The translations under genes and the position numbers were made by a program. The notes under the pieces are model-generated. The model saw only the letters and a program-made list of their open reading frames with translations, made no database searches and was not told where the DNA came from. Of a DNA stretch of 64,000 nucleotides, positions 1 through 11,503 are shown piece after piece (within the stretch, counting starts at the first letter, position 1; each line of letters opens with the position of its first letter). The stretch lies in NCBI RefSeq assembly GCF_036321535.1, contig NC_087436.1:85872001-85936000 (forward strand). The letters run 5' to 3'. This DNA comes from Camelus dromedarius (Eukaryota).

Positions 1-974
1 CGGTCAGGCTGTTTCTCTTCTACCCCAGGAGAGGGAAATGATTGCTCTCTGACTGTGGACAGATTAGTTGGTGTGGGCCAGGGTTACAGGCTCAGGGATT
101 CCCCTGAGAAACGCTCGGGGCTCGGGTCAAACTAAAGCAAGCTTGGAAGAAAGAAACGCAACCCTGCCCTCCCCCCGGAAGCTGCCACCAGCAGGCTGCC
201 CTCCACGGGACACTGCCTCCCTCCTGCTGGCCTTCCTTGGGCCATAAAATGGTTGCATCGCTTTCTGATTTGCATTTAGTATCTGCTTTTTCTGCACAGA
301 GTTCAAGTTGAAACTGCCTGGCTGGCAGATGGGGGCAGAAGGTAGCGGGGAAGGTGGGTAGATATTTAAATGACGAGGGGCTTGCAGGAGCTGTGTGCTT
401 GCAAGATAGAGCACTGTTTCCTCTTAGATTTGCCAACTGTTGTTCCAAACGAAGTGCTCAGACAAAGGGAGGGCTCTGTGCTGGGGAGGCCCCCGGAGGG
501 ACAAGTGTTTGTTTTATACAACAGCATGAGCTTGGCTTCCTGTTTGACTTTCTGAGGGCTGCTTCTTGGGATTAATGAAGACCATCCAAATATTTTCAAG
601 GATACAGTCTCTAGAAAAGGCATTTGTCCCCAAGCACTGTTTACTTTAATAATACATACACCATTCACACTGAGTTACCTTAGCACAAAGCAATCCCCTT
701 GTTGTTTGCTTTGTGGATGTCTCAAGTGTAAACTGGATGGCTTTTAACTCCTGACCACTTTCCTCATGATAGAAATGTCATATAAATTTTATAGGAGGTA
801 CATCCTTCAACATATACAGCAAATATATACAGAAGAATATATATATACAGTAGAAATATATATCATGAAGAAATCCATATATTATGAAAAGCTAGCAGAA
901 AGTTGGATGTATAGACACTTAGTTTTAAGACCATTTGGCAAACAGGAAGGAGACTCGGCATGGTGGAGTCATCA

Positions 975-1075
975 CTATGGATTTCTAGCTTGGGTTCTTC
1001 CATGAACCAGTCATGTGACCTTAGGTAATCCCTTCACTCAGTTCCCTTGTCTTTAAATTAAGGTACTGGGTACCA
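975..1075 (+). mobile_element. MIR SINE fragment
   Basis: Degenerate MIR core: 'catgtgaccttaggtaatcccttcactcagttcccttgtctttaaa'. Confidence 0.55.
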
Positions 1076-1347
1076 GAGATGATGCATTAAGTTCTAAGTC
1101 TCCCATTGCTGGGCAGAGGGCTGTCCTAGCACATAGATAGGATGATTGTGAAGGAGATGGGGTGTGTGTGTGTGTGTATGTTGGGTGGTGTGGGGGTGGT
1201 GATTCAGCCTCCTCCACTCCCTTCAGCCAGAAGAGCTTTCCTTTTTTCTGTTTTACACATCAGGCATCAGGAGTCAGTATCTGTTTGAAGAAAAGTTCTT
1301 CCAGGCTCAAGAAAAACTTGAAAACCACTTTAGATGATCACTAAAGC

Positions 1348-1479
1348 TGGGTGATCATACATAATTTATCATCCACACCAGAACATTTTGAAATCAGAAA
1401 GAAGATGTTATTAATAACTACACTGGGGCAACAGACTTAAGGGGGAACATCCCAGCCAAACAGAGATGTATGATCACTG
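1348..1479. mobile_element. MER81-like non-autonomous hAT-Blackjack DNA transposon
   Basis: TIR-like ends GGGTGATCATA...TATGATCACT; internal 'aatttatcatccacaccagaacatttt' and 'tattaataactacactggggcaacag' resemble the MER81 consensus. Confidence 0.7.
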
Positions 1480-1594
1480 ACCACCGAGTCCTATCCCAGC
1501 AGAGGACCTTTGCTTCTTCACCCTAGAATTCTACGCTCTTCTCTTTCTCAGCATCAGGCAGAGCTCTGGGAGCAGCCCCAGCAACAAAGGCAAT

Positions 1595-2130
1595 CAGGGA
1601 CACAGCCTCGGGGACAGCAGCCATCAGGGACAGCCTTGGGGACAGTAGCCATCAGGGACAGCCTCAGGGACAGCAGCCATCAGGGACAGTTCCAGGGACA
1701 GCAGCCATCAAGGACAGCCTCGGGGACAGCAGCCATCAGGGACAGTTCCAGGGACAGCAGCCATCAGGGACAGCCTCGGGGACAGCAGCCATCAGGGACA
1801 GTTCCAGGGACAGCAGCCATCAGGGACAGTTCCAGGGACAGCAGCCATCAAGGACAGCCTCGGGGCAGCAGCCATCAGGGACAGTTCCAGGGACAGCAGC
1901 CATCAGGGACAGCCTCGGGGACAGCAGCCATCAGAGACAGTTCCAGGGACAGCAGCCATCAGGGACAGTTCCAGGGACAGCAGCCATCAAGGACAGCCTC
2001 GGGGCAGCAGCCATCAGGGACAGTTCCAGGGACAGCAGCCATCAGGGACAGCCTCGGGGACAGCAGCCATCAGGGAGAGTTCCAGGGACAGCAGCCATCA
2101 GGGACAGTTCCAGGGACAGCAGCCATCAGG
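1595..2130. repeat. 28-bp GC-rich minisatellite (18 full units plus partials)
   Basis: Unit GGGACAGCAGCCATCA + GGGACAG(TTCCA or CCTCG), read directly; first full unit starts at 1611. Confidence 0.97.
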
Positions 2131-2879
2131 AGATTAGCACCATGACTACTTACTAGAGCATGCCCTGGAAGAAATGCACAAAGCCACCTGCAAATAACAG
2201 AGGACATGGGTTCAGCCTGGTTCTTGTTCAGAACCATGTGAGAATCACAAGTTTTGTGGCAAAAGCATCAGTGAATCAGCCAACAATTAGCCAGTGAGTA
2301 AGTGCCCACAAAGACCTCAGCCCAGGAGACTGTACTGGTGGTGAGAAGCTACGTGAACTGCCCAGATCACGGGTCCTCAGAGTGGAGGAAATAGTCAATG
2401 GAGGGGAAGGTCACAAGGCAGAAAGAAGGTTTCATTCCCGAGGCAGGCTATCTGACAGCATGTTGTACCAAACTAGAAGACTCATGGCAGGACTTCTGCA
2501 GAGGAGGAAAATGCACCACCTCCCCCACCGCATGCAGCACAAGGTCTGTAAGGGCTCCCTGTTCCGTGGGCCTTAGCTTGACCCTGGTTGGGGCAACTTT
2601 TCCACTTGCTTCCTTGATTCCCATCCTTTGCCCACCCATCCGGAGTTGGCTGCCATGATGTTCCACCTAGTTGTTCTGCTCCAGCAATAGCTCTTGCGTC
2701 AAAATGCCTCTCCCTTCTCAGTGATGGTGAAGTTTATAGCAGAATGACACGGCGAGGAGGAGGCTGATGATGTAACGAGTTCCAACAAAGTATACAGAAG
2801 GTGCTCATTTACTTTTGATTATTTCTTCTGGTTTCCTTTCAGCTAGCAAATAATGGTGGGGAAATTTTCAGGGAAAGAC

Positions 2880-3005
2880 AAACATGGAGCATTCTAATCT
2901 GGACTCCCCCACTTGCTAGATGTGTGACATAAGGCCAATATCGTAATCTCTCTGAATCTTGGTTTTCTCATCTGTCAAATGGGGATATATGACTTACTGC
3001 TTGCC
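2880..3005 (+). mobile_element. MIR SINE
   Basis: 'acttgctagatgtgtgac...ctctctgaatcttggttttctcatctgtcaaatggggat'. Confidence 0.75.
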
Positions 3006-3885
3006 CTGCCTTCCACACAAGACTGGTGAGTGTCCCCCAAGTGTCACCATTACTCTGCTGTCTCACGCCCCTCCATCCTTATCCAGAGGGTTCTGCAGTT
3101 CCTTTGGGATGAAGTTCTCATGGAAAGAAACTTGGCTCCATTCAAACCCTGTCCCCCTTACATCTTACTCTTTGGTTCTCCTCCTCTACTTCTGGTCATG
3201 AAACATCTCTTCTTCCTTACTTTTTGCACAGAACAACTCACTTCCCACACGTAAGTCAGACCTTGCTGACCTGGGGGAAACAGAAAGACTTCACAATACA
3301 GCCCTGCAAACAACTAAAAGTTAGATACTAGACTTTCATGCTGACGAACCATCTTGGCTGAGTCTGCCAACTCGGGCATCTGTCTCCCACTGGAATTCAG
3401 GCCTCAAGTCCCCGCCCCCTTCTTGGTTTTCAGCAGCATAGAAACGTCTTCTGGGAATCCTTTTGCAGAACAATTCCACTCCTCCAGCCCCTATCTCCAA
3501 ACTCAACTCTGGCTTCTCTTGCTGGCTCCAAAGCCTCATTAATATGCTTGGCTGAATAATGCACTGCACTTAATGTGTGGTTTAAAATAAGAAAATATTT
3601 CTCTTTTCTCATGTAAGGATGAAAGTATTCGATTTAGGAACTAGGTTGGGATCCATGGGCTGGGAGGCCCCCCTGTGCTGAGCCTGTGGAGAGGCTGCTG
3701 GCTAGTGACAAACACGTCCCTTGGATCTACTGGCAAACTGAGAGGAGTCCGGTGTCGGGAGGGGACAGGCAGTACTGAAAGGGGACCCCTGCTCTGTGCC
3801 CTCTGTGAGGCAGGCTACTGGCTCCTCAACTACCTTGAAGGTAGGGGACACCTCAGTGGAGACCCCCAAGCTTAAGGCCACATTC

Positions 3886-4311
3886 CAATAGGGAAGGAAA
3901 TTTGTATTCTATTATAAGTTAATCACTAAAGGGATGATGCTAGAAGCTTAAGTTAAACATAATGGCCCAGTGCTGGGAACCCTGCCTCCCAGGTAATGAA
4001 TGTTAAGCTAAAATATCTTTGTTTAGCTCACAGGAAACCTGACCAGGCCCACCATAGAGCGGCTGCAGGAAGGAAGAAATTAACCCATCCCCTCCAGAGT
4101 CTGGCCAGAACCAGAACATTAACCCCTCCCCTGTTAGTACAAAAGAAGCCTGAATTCTAACTCTGGGAAGATGGTTCTTTGGGACACTAGCCCACCATCC
4201 TCTCCATCTGCTGGCTTTCCGAATAAAGCAGCTATTCCTTGCCCAAACAACTCGTCTCCTGATTAACTGGCCTGCCACGCGATGTGCAGTATGAGCTTGG
4301 ACTGGGTAACG
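3886..4311 (+). mobile_element. Solo ERV1 LTR, MER41-like
   Basis: ~425 bp; U3-like 'ttagctcacaggaaacctgacc'; 'ctggctttccgaataaagcagctattccttgccc' polyA region; ends '...gagcttggactgggtaac', like artiodactyl MER41-type LTRs. Confidence 0.75.
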
Positions 4312-5149
4312 ACATCACCTCTAAGGCCTTTACTGTCTATCCTTTGATAAACTCTTTCCTAACATCAAAAGAGTTGAGGGGTGGGGCACTCTCATCCCCT
4401 CCTTCTAACATCACAGCCAAAACCCGAGCCCGTCACATGCCCTGCTCTCCGGAGACGTGAGAGGAGCTCCTGGTTTGCTACGCGTGGGGGCTCATGAGAT
4501 TTTCACTGGTCTCCCATTGACTAATGATGTCGCTGCAAAATGTGTTTGAAAGCTCTTTGTAAAACTGAAACACGGTATATGAAGGACGAAAGGATTAAAT
4601 GACTCAGCGCTCAGGTGGGATCGATCCTGGCTTGATGCTAGACTGTAGGGTAGGGAGGTTCCAGGGAGCTCCCGGCATCCTATCAGGTGTGAAGGGAAGA
4701 AATGAAGCCAATTATTATGGCTTCACTGTAACTAATCAACACAAGGATGGTTGTGTCCAGGGTGGTGAGGGACACTCTCGGTGATACAGCTAGAGGTCTT
4801 ATATAAATGCTAACAAGGCAAGAATGGGATTTCAGCTGGCCTGGCCGAGGCGGCAGGGAGCAGAAACTGCAGCTCACATTTCCTCCCACAGCAGTGCCAT
4901 CTCACTTGAATTTGTAGATGCATGGAGCCCTGGATGCCCATACCCAGAAGGCAGAAGGGGAGCAGGTGCCACCTAAAGGATGGAATAGATTAAAGCTGGA
5001 ATCTGCGGGGATCCAGTTTCTGAGATGCCATTGTCTGTTTTGTGCCCTTCTATATGTTTCATTCACTCCTCACTCCTATAGTATTTGCTGGGAGAATTTT
5101 GACTTCCATAATGACAAATGTATAGTCAGGCATGGGTCCTTACAAGAAT

Positions 5150-5380
5150 GAGCTTCAGAGCCAGATGGTTTGGGTTTGAGTCCCTAACTGTGTTAACTTG
5201 AGCAAATATATTTAGCTCCTTTGAGCCTCAGTTTCCTCATCTGTAAAATGGGGCCAATGAGAGTGCCCGGGGTATCTTCAGGGATTAATTGAAATACGTA
5301 TGTTAATGTTCAGCTTGAAGCTTGGCATATAGAAGGTGCTCAGCAAGTGGGAGCTATTATTATTACCATCATTATTATTT
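5150..5380 (+). mobile_element. MIR SINE (near full length)
   Basis: Exact core 'gagcctcagtttcctcatctgtaaaatgggg' and 3' tail 'agctattattatt'. Confidence 0.9.
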
Positions 5381-5959
5381 CTTGGCTACTATTCACCTGG
5401 TCATGCTGAGTAGTGAACTTGAACCAGGAGAGACCCTGCAGGGCATGTAGGCTATAGTCGGCTGCACCGTCATATGTTTTTATTTCTTCTCGTCGAAAAC
5501 AAAGCCTCCTTTGAAAAAGGAATTGCTTTCTTTTCCCATGGGAAGTAATTTCTACAACCCACAAGTAAATGCAGCCTAATGACTAGAATGTGACAGCAGC
5601 TCTCAAGAATGAAATGTTCCGTAAACAGTACTGCCTCCTAAAATTACTCAAATCTCAGTGCTCTGCTTGAGTCTTTTCTCGCCCACTCATTCTCTGCTGC
5701 TGCTTCTCCACCTCCCTCCCACCCCCGAATCCCTTAAGAGCATGGGGCTGTCCCAGGGTTCCAGATAAATCTCGAAGGATAAGCTGCCATTCTGCTTATC
5801 CCGAGCGGTCTGTGGGGTGGGGGATGGGGATGGAGGGTCCTGATGCAGCAGAAGGCAGTTTGCCAACCGGCAAAGCAGCAGACCATGCCTCGGGCATTTT
5901 CAGGGAAACACCATTTCATCTCAAAACATCTGCAACTGTCGGCAACATAGTTTCCCCAG

Positions 5960-6150
5960 GGTTTTTCTCTAAGCTGACAAAAGATGCCGGACACCCCCAC
6001 GGATTCTGTGACATATCTTGCCACTATTGAACAAACATCAGTTAGGTTTCTGCCTTGGAGCCGTGTCAGCCTGAATAGGAAATCTGCCAGCGCTCTTATC
6101 ATCGCTGACAGACTCTGTAACTCACCTGCTGATAGTGTCAGTAACACAGC
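5960..6150. promoter_or_regulatory. Candidate enhancer with a TGACA (TALE/MEIS-type) and GATA motif cluster
   Basis: TGACA/TGTCA at 5975, 6009, 6064, 6106 and 6136; GATA motifs at 6095 (CTTATCA) and 6130 (TGATAG); non-repetitive context. Confidence 0.4.
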
Positions 6151-6404
6151 TCCCGGTGGTGGGGGCTCTACTCCGACTTCTTTGAAAACATTGTTCTCAG
6201 GCAGGCAAAATAATTAAGGTGCTTTTGGACTTTATGTTTACTTTTTAGGAGTAAGCAAGAATCCCATGATCAATACAATACACCTTGCAGACACACAATA
6301 CATGTCAATGAATTCAGTACTTTTGGAAACACACCCAGGGCTTATTTTTCCACTACTCAGACTTTCTCTCTGCCCCCTCAATAATGGGAATTCCAACTGT
6401 AAAA

Positions 6405-6550
6405 GAGCATCAGATGTAACACCTTCATTCCACGGATAATGAGACCATGGCTTAGAGTTTGTAAATTATTTTACGGAGCCTACACAATTAGCCGCCGAGC
6501 AGAGCCCAGAACCCTGAACCCTGGACTTCTGGGCCAGAGCTCTGACCTGG
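6405..6550 (-). mobile_element. Diverged MIR SINE
   Basis: 'cacaattagccgccgagcagagcccagaacc...ctggacttctgggccagagctct' resembles reverse MIR. Confidence 0.5.
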
Positions 6551-6619
6551 CCACTTACTAATGCCATTCATTGAATTACTGGCTTTGAAAATGGGAACTG
6601 TCTCTGTATTTCTCTGTCT

Positions 6620-6950
6620 TCTAAATTAGAAACTACATACAGCATGAGACATCATTTGACTCCTGAAGTTTAAAAAGATTTTTTTAATTAGTTAATTTTT
6701 TTTTTAAATTGAGATTTTTCTCAAACATTGACATTTCTGGCTTTCTCTTAACATGTGGACTATCTGACAACATTGGGTCCACATTCATGCAAGGTGACAT
6801 TTGGCTAGAGCTGGGTGGCCGTTGTCCCTTTCTAATGGAACTTATATTCCTGCTGCAGTCTCCACCATTCCCTGCTGTCTCACATCCAGCCCATTTCATC
6901 CCTTTACCTGCCTGGCGGCGGTACGCATTTGAACATGACACTAAGTTGAA
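6620..6950. mobile_element. MER102-like hAT-Charlie element
   Basis: 'atttctggctttctctt...atctgacaacattgggtccacattc...tggctagagctgggtggc...cagtctccaccattccctg' resembles MER102. Confidence 0.6.
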
Positions 6951-7739
6951 AACATGACAAACAACTTTGTGGACATCATTGCTCCAACCTGGATAGAGAT
7001 CAGCTGGGGCCTCCCTGCTCCTCAGGAGCTCCCTGAAATTGCCTTGACTCCCCAATCCCATGGCCTGAGAAATTGAAGGCTTTCCCGGTAACTGTGTGAA
7101 TGCTCGTAGACGAATATTCTCATGGTCTGCTCTGCCTCTAGCGCCTATGGTTTTGACTCATGACGACTTAAAAGGACCTAGATTCTTTTCTTTCTTGGTC
7201 TCTTCCCCTCACCCCAGGCAGTTCAGTATTATGAGTGAACTGTAATGATGTGGGGGTTTTTGGGGGGAGGGACTGAGGGTGGGGGCTTCCAGAGTAAAGA
7301 TTTTAATAGCACACCTCGCAGCAGATGTAACTAAAAATTCATTCTTCCTGGTTTTTTCCCCTTGGCCTCTCTTCTTGTGCAGAGTTCTGTCATTCTGTCT
7401 CCTCCTTCTTCCTCTACTCTGTACTCTTCCCAACCTGTTTAAAACTTTCCTCTCTCACTAGCAAAAGAATTCAGCCTTCTCCCAAACATGCTGTTGCAAA
7501 CCCATCAAAGTGCTCACAGAGCAAAGATTTCTTCTCTGCTAGCACTGTCCGTGTCTCTTAGAGACAAGTCAGGATTCCAGACACCAAATGTTTTCCAGTT
7601 GCACTTCTAAGACCTTCTACCACTATGTACTGGTCTCCAGGAAAAGTTCTTAGGCATTTTATTGTTAGTATGAATCAGCCCATTTGCCTGACTTTAGACA
7701 TGTATAAATCATTCAGGCCTACGTATCAAAATCCTAGAA

Positions 7740-7880
7740 ATTTATCTGTTTATATGCCTGCCTCCCCTCCTGAAGTCAGGGACAGTGTCTTATTTATCTT
7801 TAGATTGTCATTACCTGTGGTGGGGAGGGCAGGCGGAAAAGCTCATGAGCAGGGAACAGAAGAGATATTCAATAAACAAC
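7740..7880 (+). mobile_element. L2 3' fragment
   Basis: 'tcctgaagtcagggacagtgtcttatttatcttt...tattcaataaac'. Confidence 0.55.
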
Positions 7881-8480
7881 GGCTGAAGAAAAGAGGGAAG
7901 GAGGAAAGGAAGGCTGGTCGCCAGGTATTGTTGTACTGGTTGTTCACTGCACAAGGGGCACCAACCGAATGGGACAAATGGATCCTGAAAGCCAGGACAC
8001 TGTTTTGCTCACTGAGCCAGAACCCTTATGTCTGGCTGTATCTTTCCACTTGCCTGCCTTGCCCCCATTTGCTGCCTTGTTCCGGAAGAGGCATTTTCTG
8101 GAGCTGGGACCCTCAAGGAGTAGGAGATATCACAGCAAGGGGAACCCCCCCCCAACTCTAAAGAAAGTGGAGCATTTGGACCTGAAAATAAGTAAAATCC
8201 TGGCTCCCCGCAGAGTGTGTCCGTGGACCTGTCCTGTGACTGTCATGGTCAAGAAGCGCAGGAACACAGCTCTACCCCTTCATGGTCCCGGCCTTTCTGG
8301 GAGAAGCGCACTCAGCTGGCAGAGGCTCAACCTCGCGCCCCAGGTCCCCGAGCTCAGCCTGTCACCTCCCATTACCCAAGCTCTGGTTGGGGAAGAGCAT
8401 CTGGCGAGGAAGTGTCTGCTGGCCCAAGGGGTGAATTTAGGTTGCATTTCCAGGCTGAGTTAAGCAATATTTCAGCTGAG

Positions 8481-8700
8481 CTCCGGGAAGGCGGGCGCAG
8501 CAGCCGCGTGTGAAACGAGCGCGCTGCTGAGCGGGGACGCGGAGGAGGTGGCACCCTCGGGCCCGGGCGCTGCGCCCCGGCTGCTGACTGGGCTCGGGGG
8601 CCAGGAGCGGCGGGGTGGCTCGCCTTCCGCTCCTCGAGGATCCAGGGGGAGCAGCTAAGCACCAGCGGCCGGGCTGCCGAGGTTAGTCCCTCAGGGAGCC
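8481..8700. promoter_or_regulatory. Small CpG island (orphan promoter or enhancer candidate)
   Basis: About 25 CpGs counted in 8481-8680; very high GC in an otherwise CpG-depleted window. Confidence 0.7.
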
Positions 8701-8854
8701 AGCGTCATCTCCCACCCTGGATGCGAGCCAAGTCTCCGTGCTTCTGTTCCGGACTCCAGTGCTTTCCCCTGCTCTGCATGCCAGGGTCAAGGCTGAGGAC
8801 TTCCAGAAAACAGAACCACAGGAAAACGTGCCTCAAAGCGGTGCTTTTCTGTGG

Positions 8855-9040
8855 AGTGGTTAGGAACTCAGGACCTGGGCTCTGACGGACTTGTGTTGGT
8901 TATTTAATCTCCCTGGGCCTCAGCTCCCCCTGCTGTAAAATGGGAATTATCTTTAATAATAGCTATGTGGAGGGCTCTTTGAAAATTGAGTGAGAAAGAG
9001 TGCTCAAAGCACTTAGCACAGTGCCCAGCAGACTCTAAGG
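8855..9040 (+). mobile_element. MIR SINE
   Basis: 'tatttaatctccctgggcctcagctccccctgctgtaaaatgggaat...aaagcacttagcacagtgcccagca'. Confidence 0.8.
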
Positions 9041-9115
9041 GGCCAGGTGGTGATGCTGATGTAGAATGTTGACTCTAAATCAGTGACATATCTACAGTCT
9101 CTTTCTCCAAAGCCC

Positions 9116-9276
9116 CAGCTACTTAAAGCGTGGTCCGTGGACCAGCAGATGGGGCATCAGCTGGGTGCTGGCTAGACACAGACTCTCGGCCCTTACTCCA
9201 AACTTTCTGAATCAGAATCTGCATTTTAACAAGACACCCAGGTATCTGTAGGCCCATTGAAATTTGAGAAGCACTG
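9116..9276. mobile_element. MER5A hAT-Charlie MITE
   Basis: 'aaagcgtggtccgtggaccagcag...tgaatcagaatctgcattttaacaaga...tttgagaagcactg'. Confidence 0.88.
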
Positions 9277-9834
9277 CTCTAGAACATTCCAAGGGCTTCA
9301 CTCCATTCTAACCAATGATCAACAGAGGTCTTGAGAGTCAGAGCATGTATTTCAAGGTGCATTTAGGTACCCCAGCTCTCCCCTCAATGACCATAATATT
9401 TTCTCCAGGACCTCATCCTAGCAGCAAAGCATCTGTCTAGAGCTTTATTTCCTCCTGCTTCTTCCCGACACCCTTAGAAGAAAGTGCAGAGAAGTGACCA
9501 GATGGGGCAGATGGAAGGGAGGAGAGGGAGGAGGAGGGAGGAGAAGCTTGGAGCAGGATGATCCAGTGTGGGTTTTCAGCCTCCCTGGAGCCTTCGGGTA
9601 CTCTTTCCACCCCTGTGAGATTAATGGGACCAACAGGGTGAGGCCCAGAGAGTCTGAGGTCCAGAATCAACCTGATTTGTTTCTGCATTGCATGGAGATT
9701 CGGTCTTAGGGATCCTGGACCTTGAACTCCTTTATAGGCTTCTCAGGATTCTATAAACCTGGGCCAAATCGTTCATTCATTCACCCAACAGATAAACACC
9801 GAATGTTTACTAATGCTAGATACTATGCTAGGTA

Positions 9835-10294
9835 AGACCTGGAATCCTGCTCCCCAGATCAAGCTCTGGCTATGCCTTTAGTTAAACTATGGTTCTAGGT
9901 AAAGTTAGGGGTATGATGGTAGTGGGGTCCTTGGTGAGGGGCCCCTCATTGCCCCAGCTGCCAGAGTTGTTGGTGGCTGAGTTCTCAGCTCAGTCCCAGT
10001 CTGGGATGCCCTTGGCCGCTGTCATACCACCACCCTGGGCAGCCCCAGTGGAGAGGGGCTGGTGGATGTCTGGTGGATGGAGGGGGCACTTACCTCAATT
10101 CAGAACAATTCTGAAGGGCCTGCATTACCAACGTGATTGACTGAGGCTGCACTGTGACTGAGTGACACACCTGCAGGGAACTCTCTGCACAATCTTGCTT
10201 CTGTCATCCCACATAAGGCTGAGCACAGTCCCATCAAACAGTTGCCAAGAAATCTCAGTGTCAGAATCTGTTTCCAGGGACTAGACCTAGGACC
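9835..10294 (+). mobile_element. LTR16-like ERVL solo LTR (diverged)
   Basis: 3' end 'aatctcagtgtcagaatctgtttccagggactagacctaggacca' and internal 'gactgaggctgcactgtg' resemble LTR16. Confidence 0.5.
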
Positions 10295-10634
10295 ATGCTT
10301 TTTCTAAGTACCCTCTATGTCTAAGGGTCTCCGGCTATGGCAACAAACTACAGGTAATGAATGGGCTCAGACTGATGTCTTTGTATTTTTGGAAAAACAT
10401 TTTTGTGAAGCTTTTGCAAGACCTCTTAGAGAGAAGAGATTCTCAGATGTGTTTACTTTTTTTTTTTTAAGTATAAAACCAATTTTAATCTAGAATAAAT
10501 ATATGGATACAATCTCATTATAAAAGAGGTGACCAGTGTAGAAAAATATACAAGGAAAGTTGAAAGACACTTTTCACCTGGGTCCTTTCTCCAATCCAGC
10601 CCTTTTCCTCAGAACTAACCACTGCTTGGTTGAC

Positions 10635-11090
10635 TTTTTTTTTAATTGAAGTACAGTTGATTTACAATGTTGGATTAGTTTCTGGTATAGAGTATAGTGA
10701 TTCGGTTATACAAATATATATATTCTTTTTCATTCTACAAGATTATTACAAGATATTGAATATAGTTCCTTGTGCTAGACAGTAGGACCTTGTTGTTTAT
10801 CTGTTCTGTACATAGTAGTTTGTATCTGCTAACCCTAAACTCCCAATTTATCCCTCCCCCTTCCTTTCCTTTTGGTAATGGTAAGTTTGTTTCCTATGTT
10901 TGTGAGTCTCTTTCTGTTTGTAAATAAGTTCATTTGTGTCATTTTTTTTAGATTCCACATGTAAGTGATAACATGATATTTATCTTTATCTGACTTATCT
11001 CATTTAGTATGATAACTCTAGGTCCATTCATGTTGCTGCAAATGGCATTATTTCATTCTTTTTTGTGGCTGAGTAAAATTCTGTTATAGA
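10635..11090 (-). mobile_element. L1 3' end, cetartiodactyl/camelid type, 5'-truncated
   Basis: T-tract followed by 'aattgaagtacagttgatttacaatgtt...tacaagatattgaatatagttcc...gttgctgcaaatggcattatttcattcttttt'. Confidence 0.9.
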
Positions 11091-11145
11091 CATCACTGAG
11101 TACAGGGTAGTATTTCTATAAAATAGGTACAAGAGGAATTGATGG

Positions 11146-11503
11146 TGTCATAGTCCGCTTGGGCTATTATAACAAAAGTACCATAAACTGGGTGGTTTAT
11201 AACAACAAACACTTATTTCTCACAGTTCTGGAGGCTGAAAGTCCAAGATCATGGTGCCAGCAGATTTGGTGTCTGCAAAGGACTCAGTTCCTCATAAAAA
11301 GCTGTCTTTTTGCTATAACCTCACGTGGTGGGAAGAGCTAGCTAGCTCTCTGGGGTCTCTTATTTATAAGGTCCCTGATCCCATTCATGAGGTTTTATCC
11401 TCTTGACCTAATCAACTCCCAAAGGCCCCACCTCCTAATACTATCACCTCAGGGGTTAAGTTTCAACATATGAATTTGGGGACAGAAACATCAGCCCATA
11501 GCA
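11146..11503 (-). mobile_element. MLT1A-type MaLR solo LTR
   Basis: TG...CA ends; 5-bp TSD GATGG/GATAG; 'ttatttctcacagttctggaggctgaaagtccaagatc' and 'tcaacatatgaatttgggg'. Confidence 0.88.

Noticed and set aside
780..890. AT-rich periodic stretch (ATATATACAG-like units)
   Set aside because: Degenerate low-complexity microsatellite remnant with no consistent period.
1595..2130. CRISPR-like array
   Set aside because: There are no unique spacers, only two alternating variants; no cas genes; mammalian context.
1510..2145. 211-aa Q/G/S-rich ORF resembling a repetitive structural protein
   Set aside because: It has a TTG start and lies almost entirely within a 28-bp minisatellite whose unit is not a multiple of 3; the frame stays open only because the unit lacks stop codons.
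7625..8662. Overlapping 96-178 aa ORFs near the CpG island
   Set aside because: They partly overlap an L2 fragment and GC-rich, stop-poor sequence; no recognisable protein.
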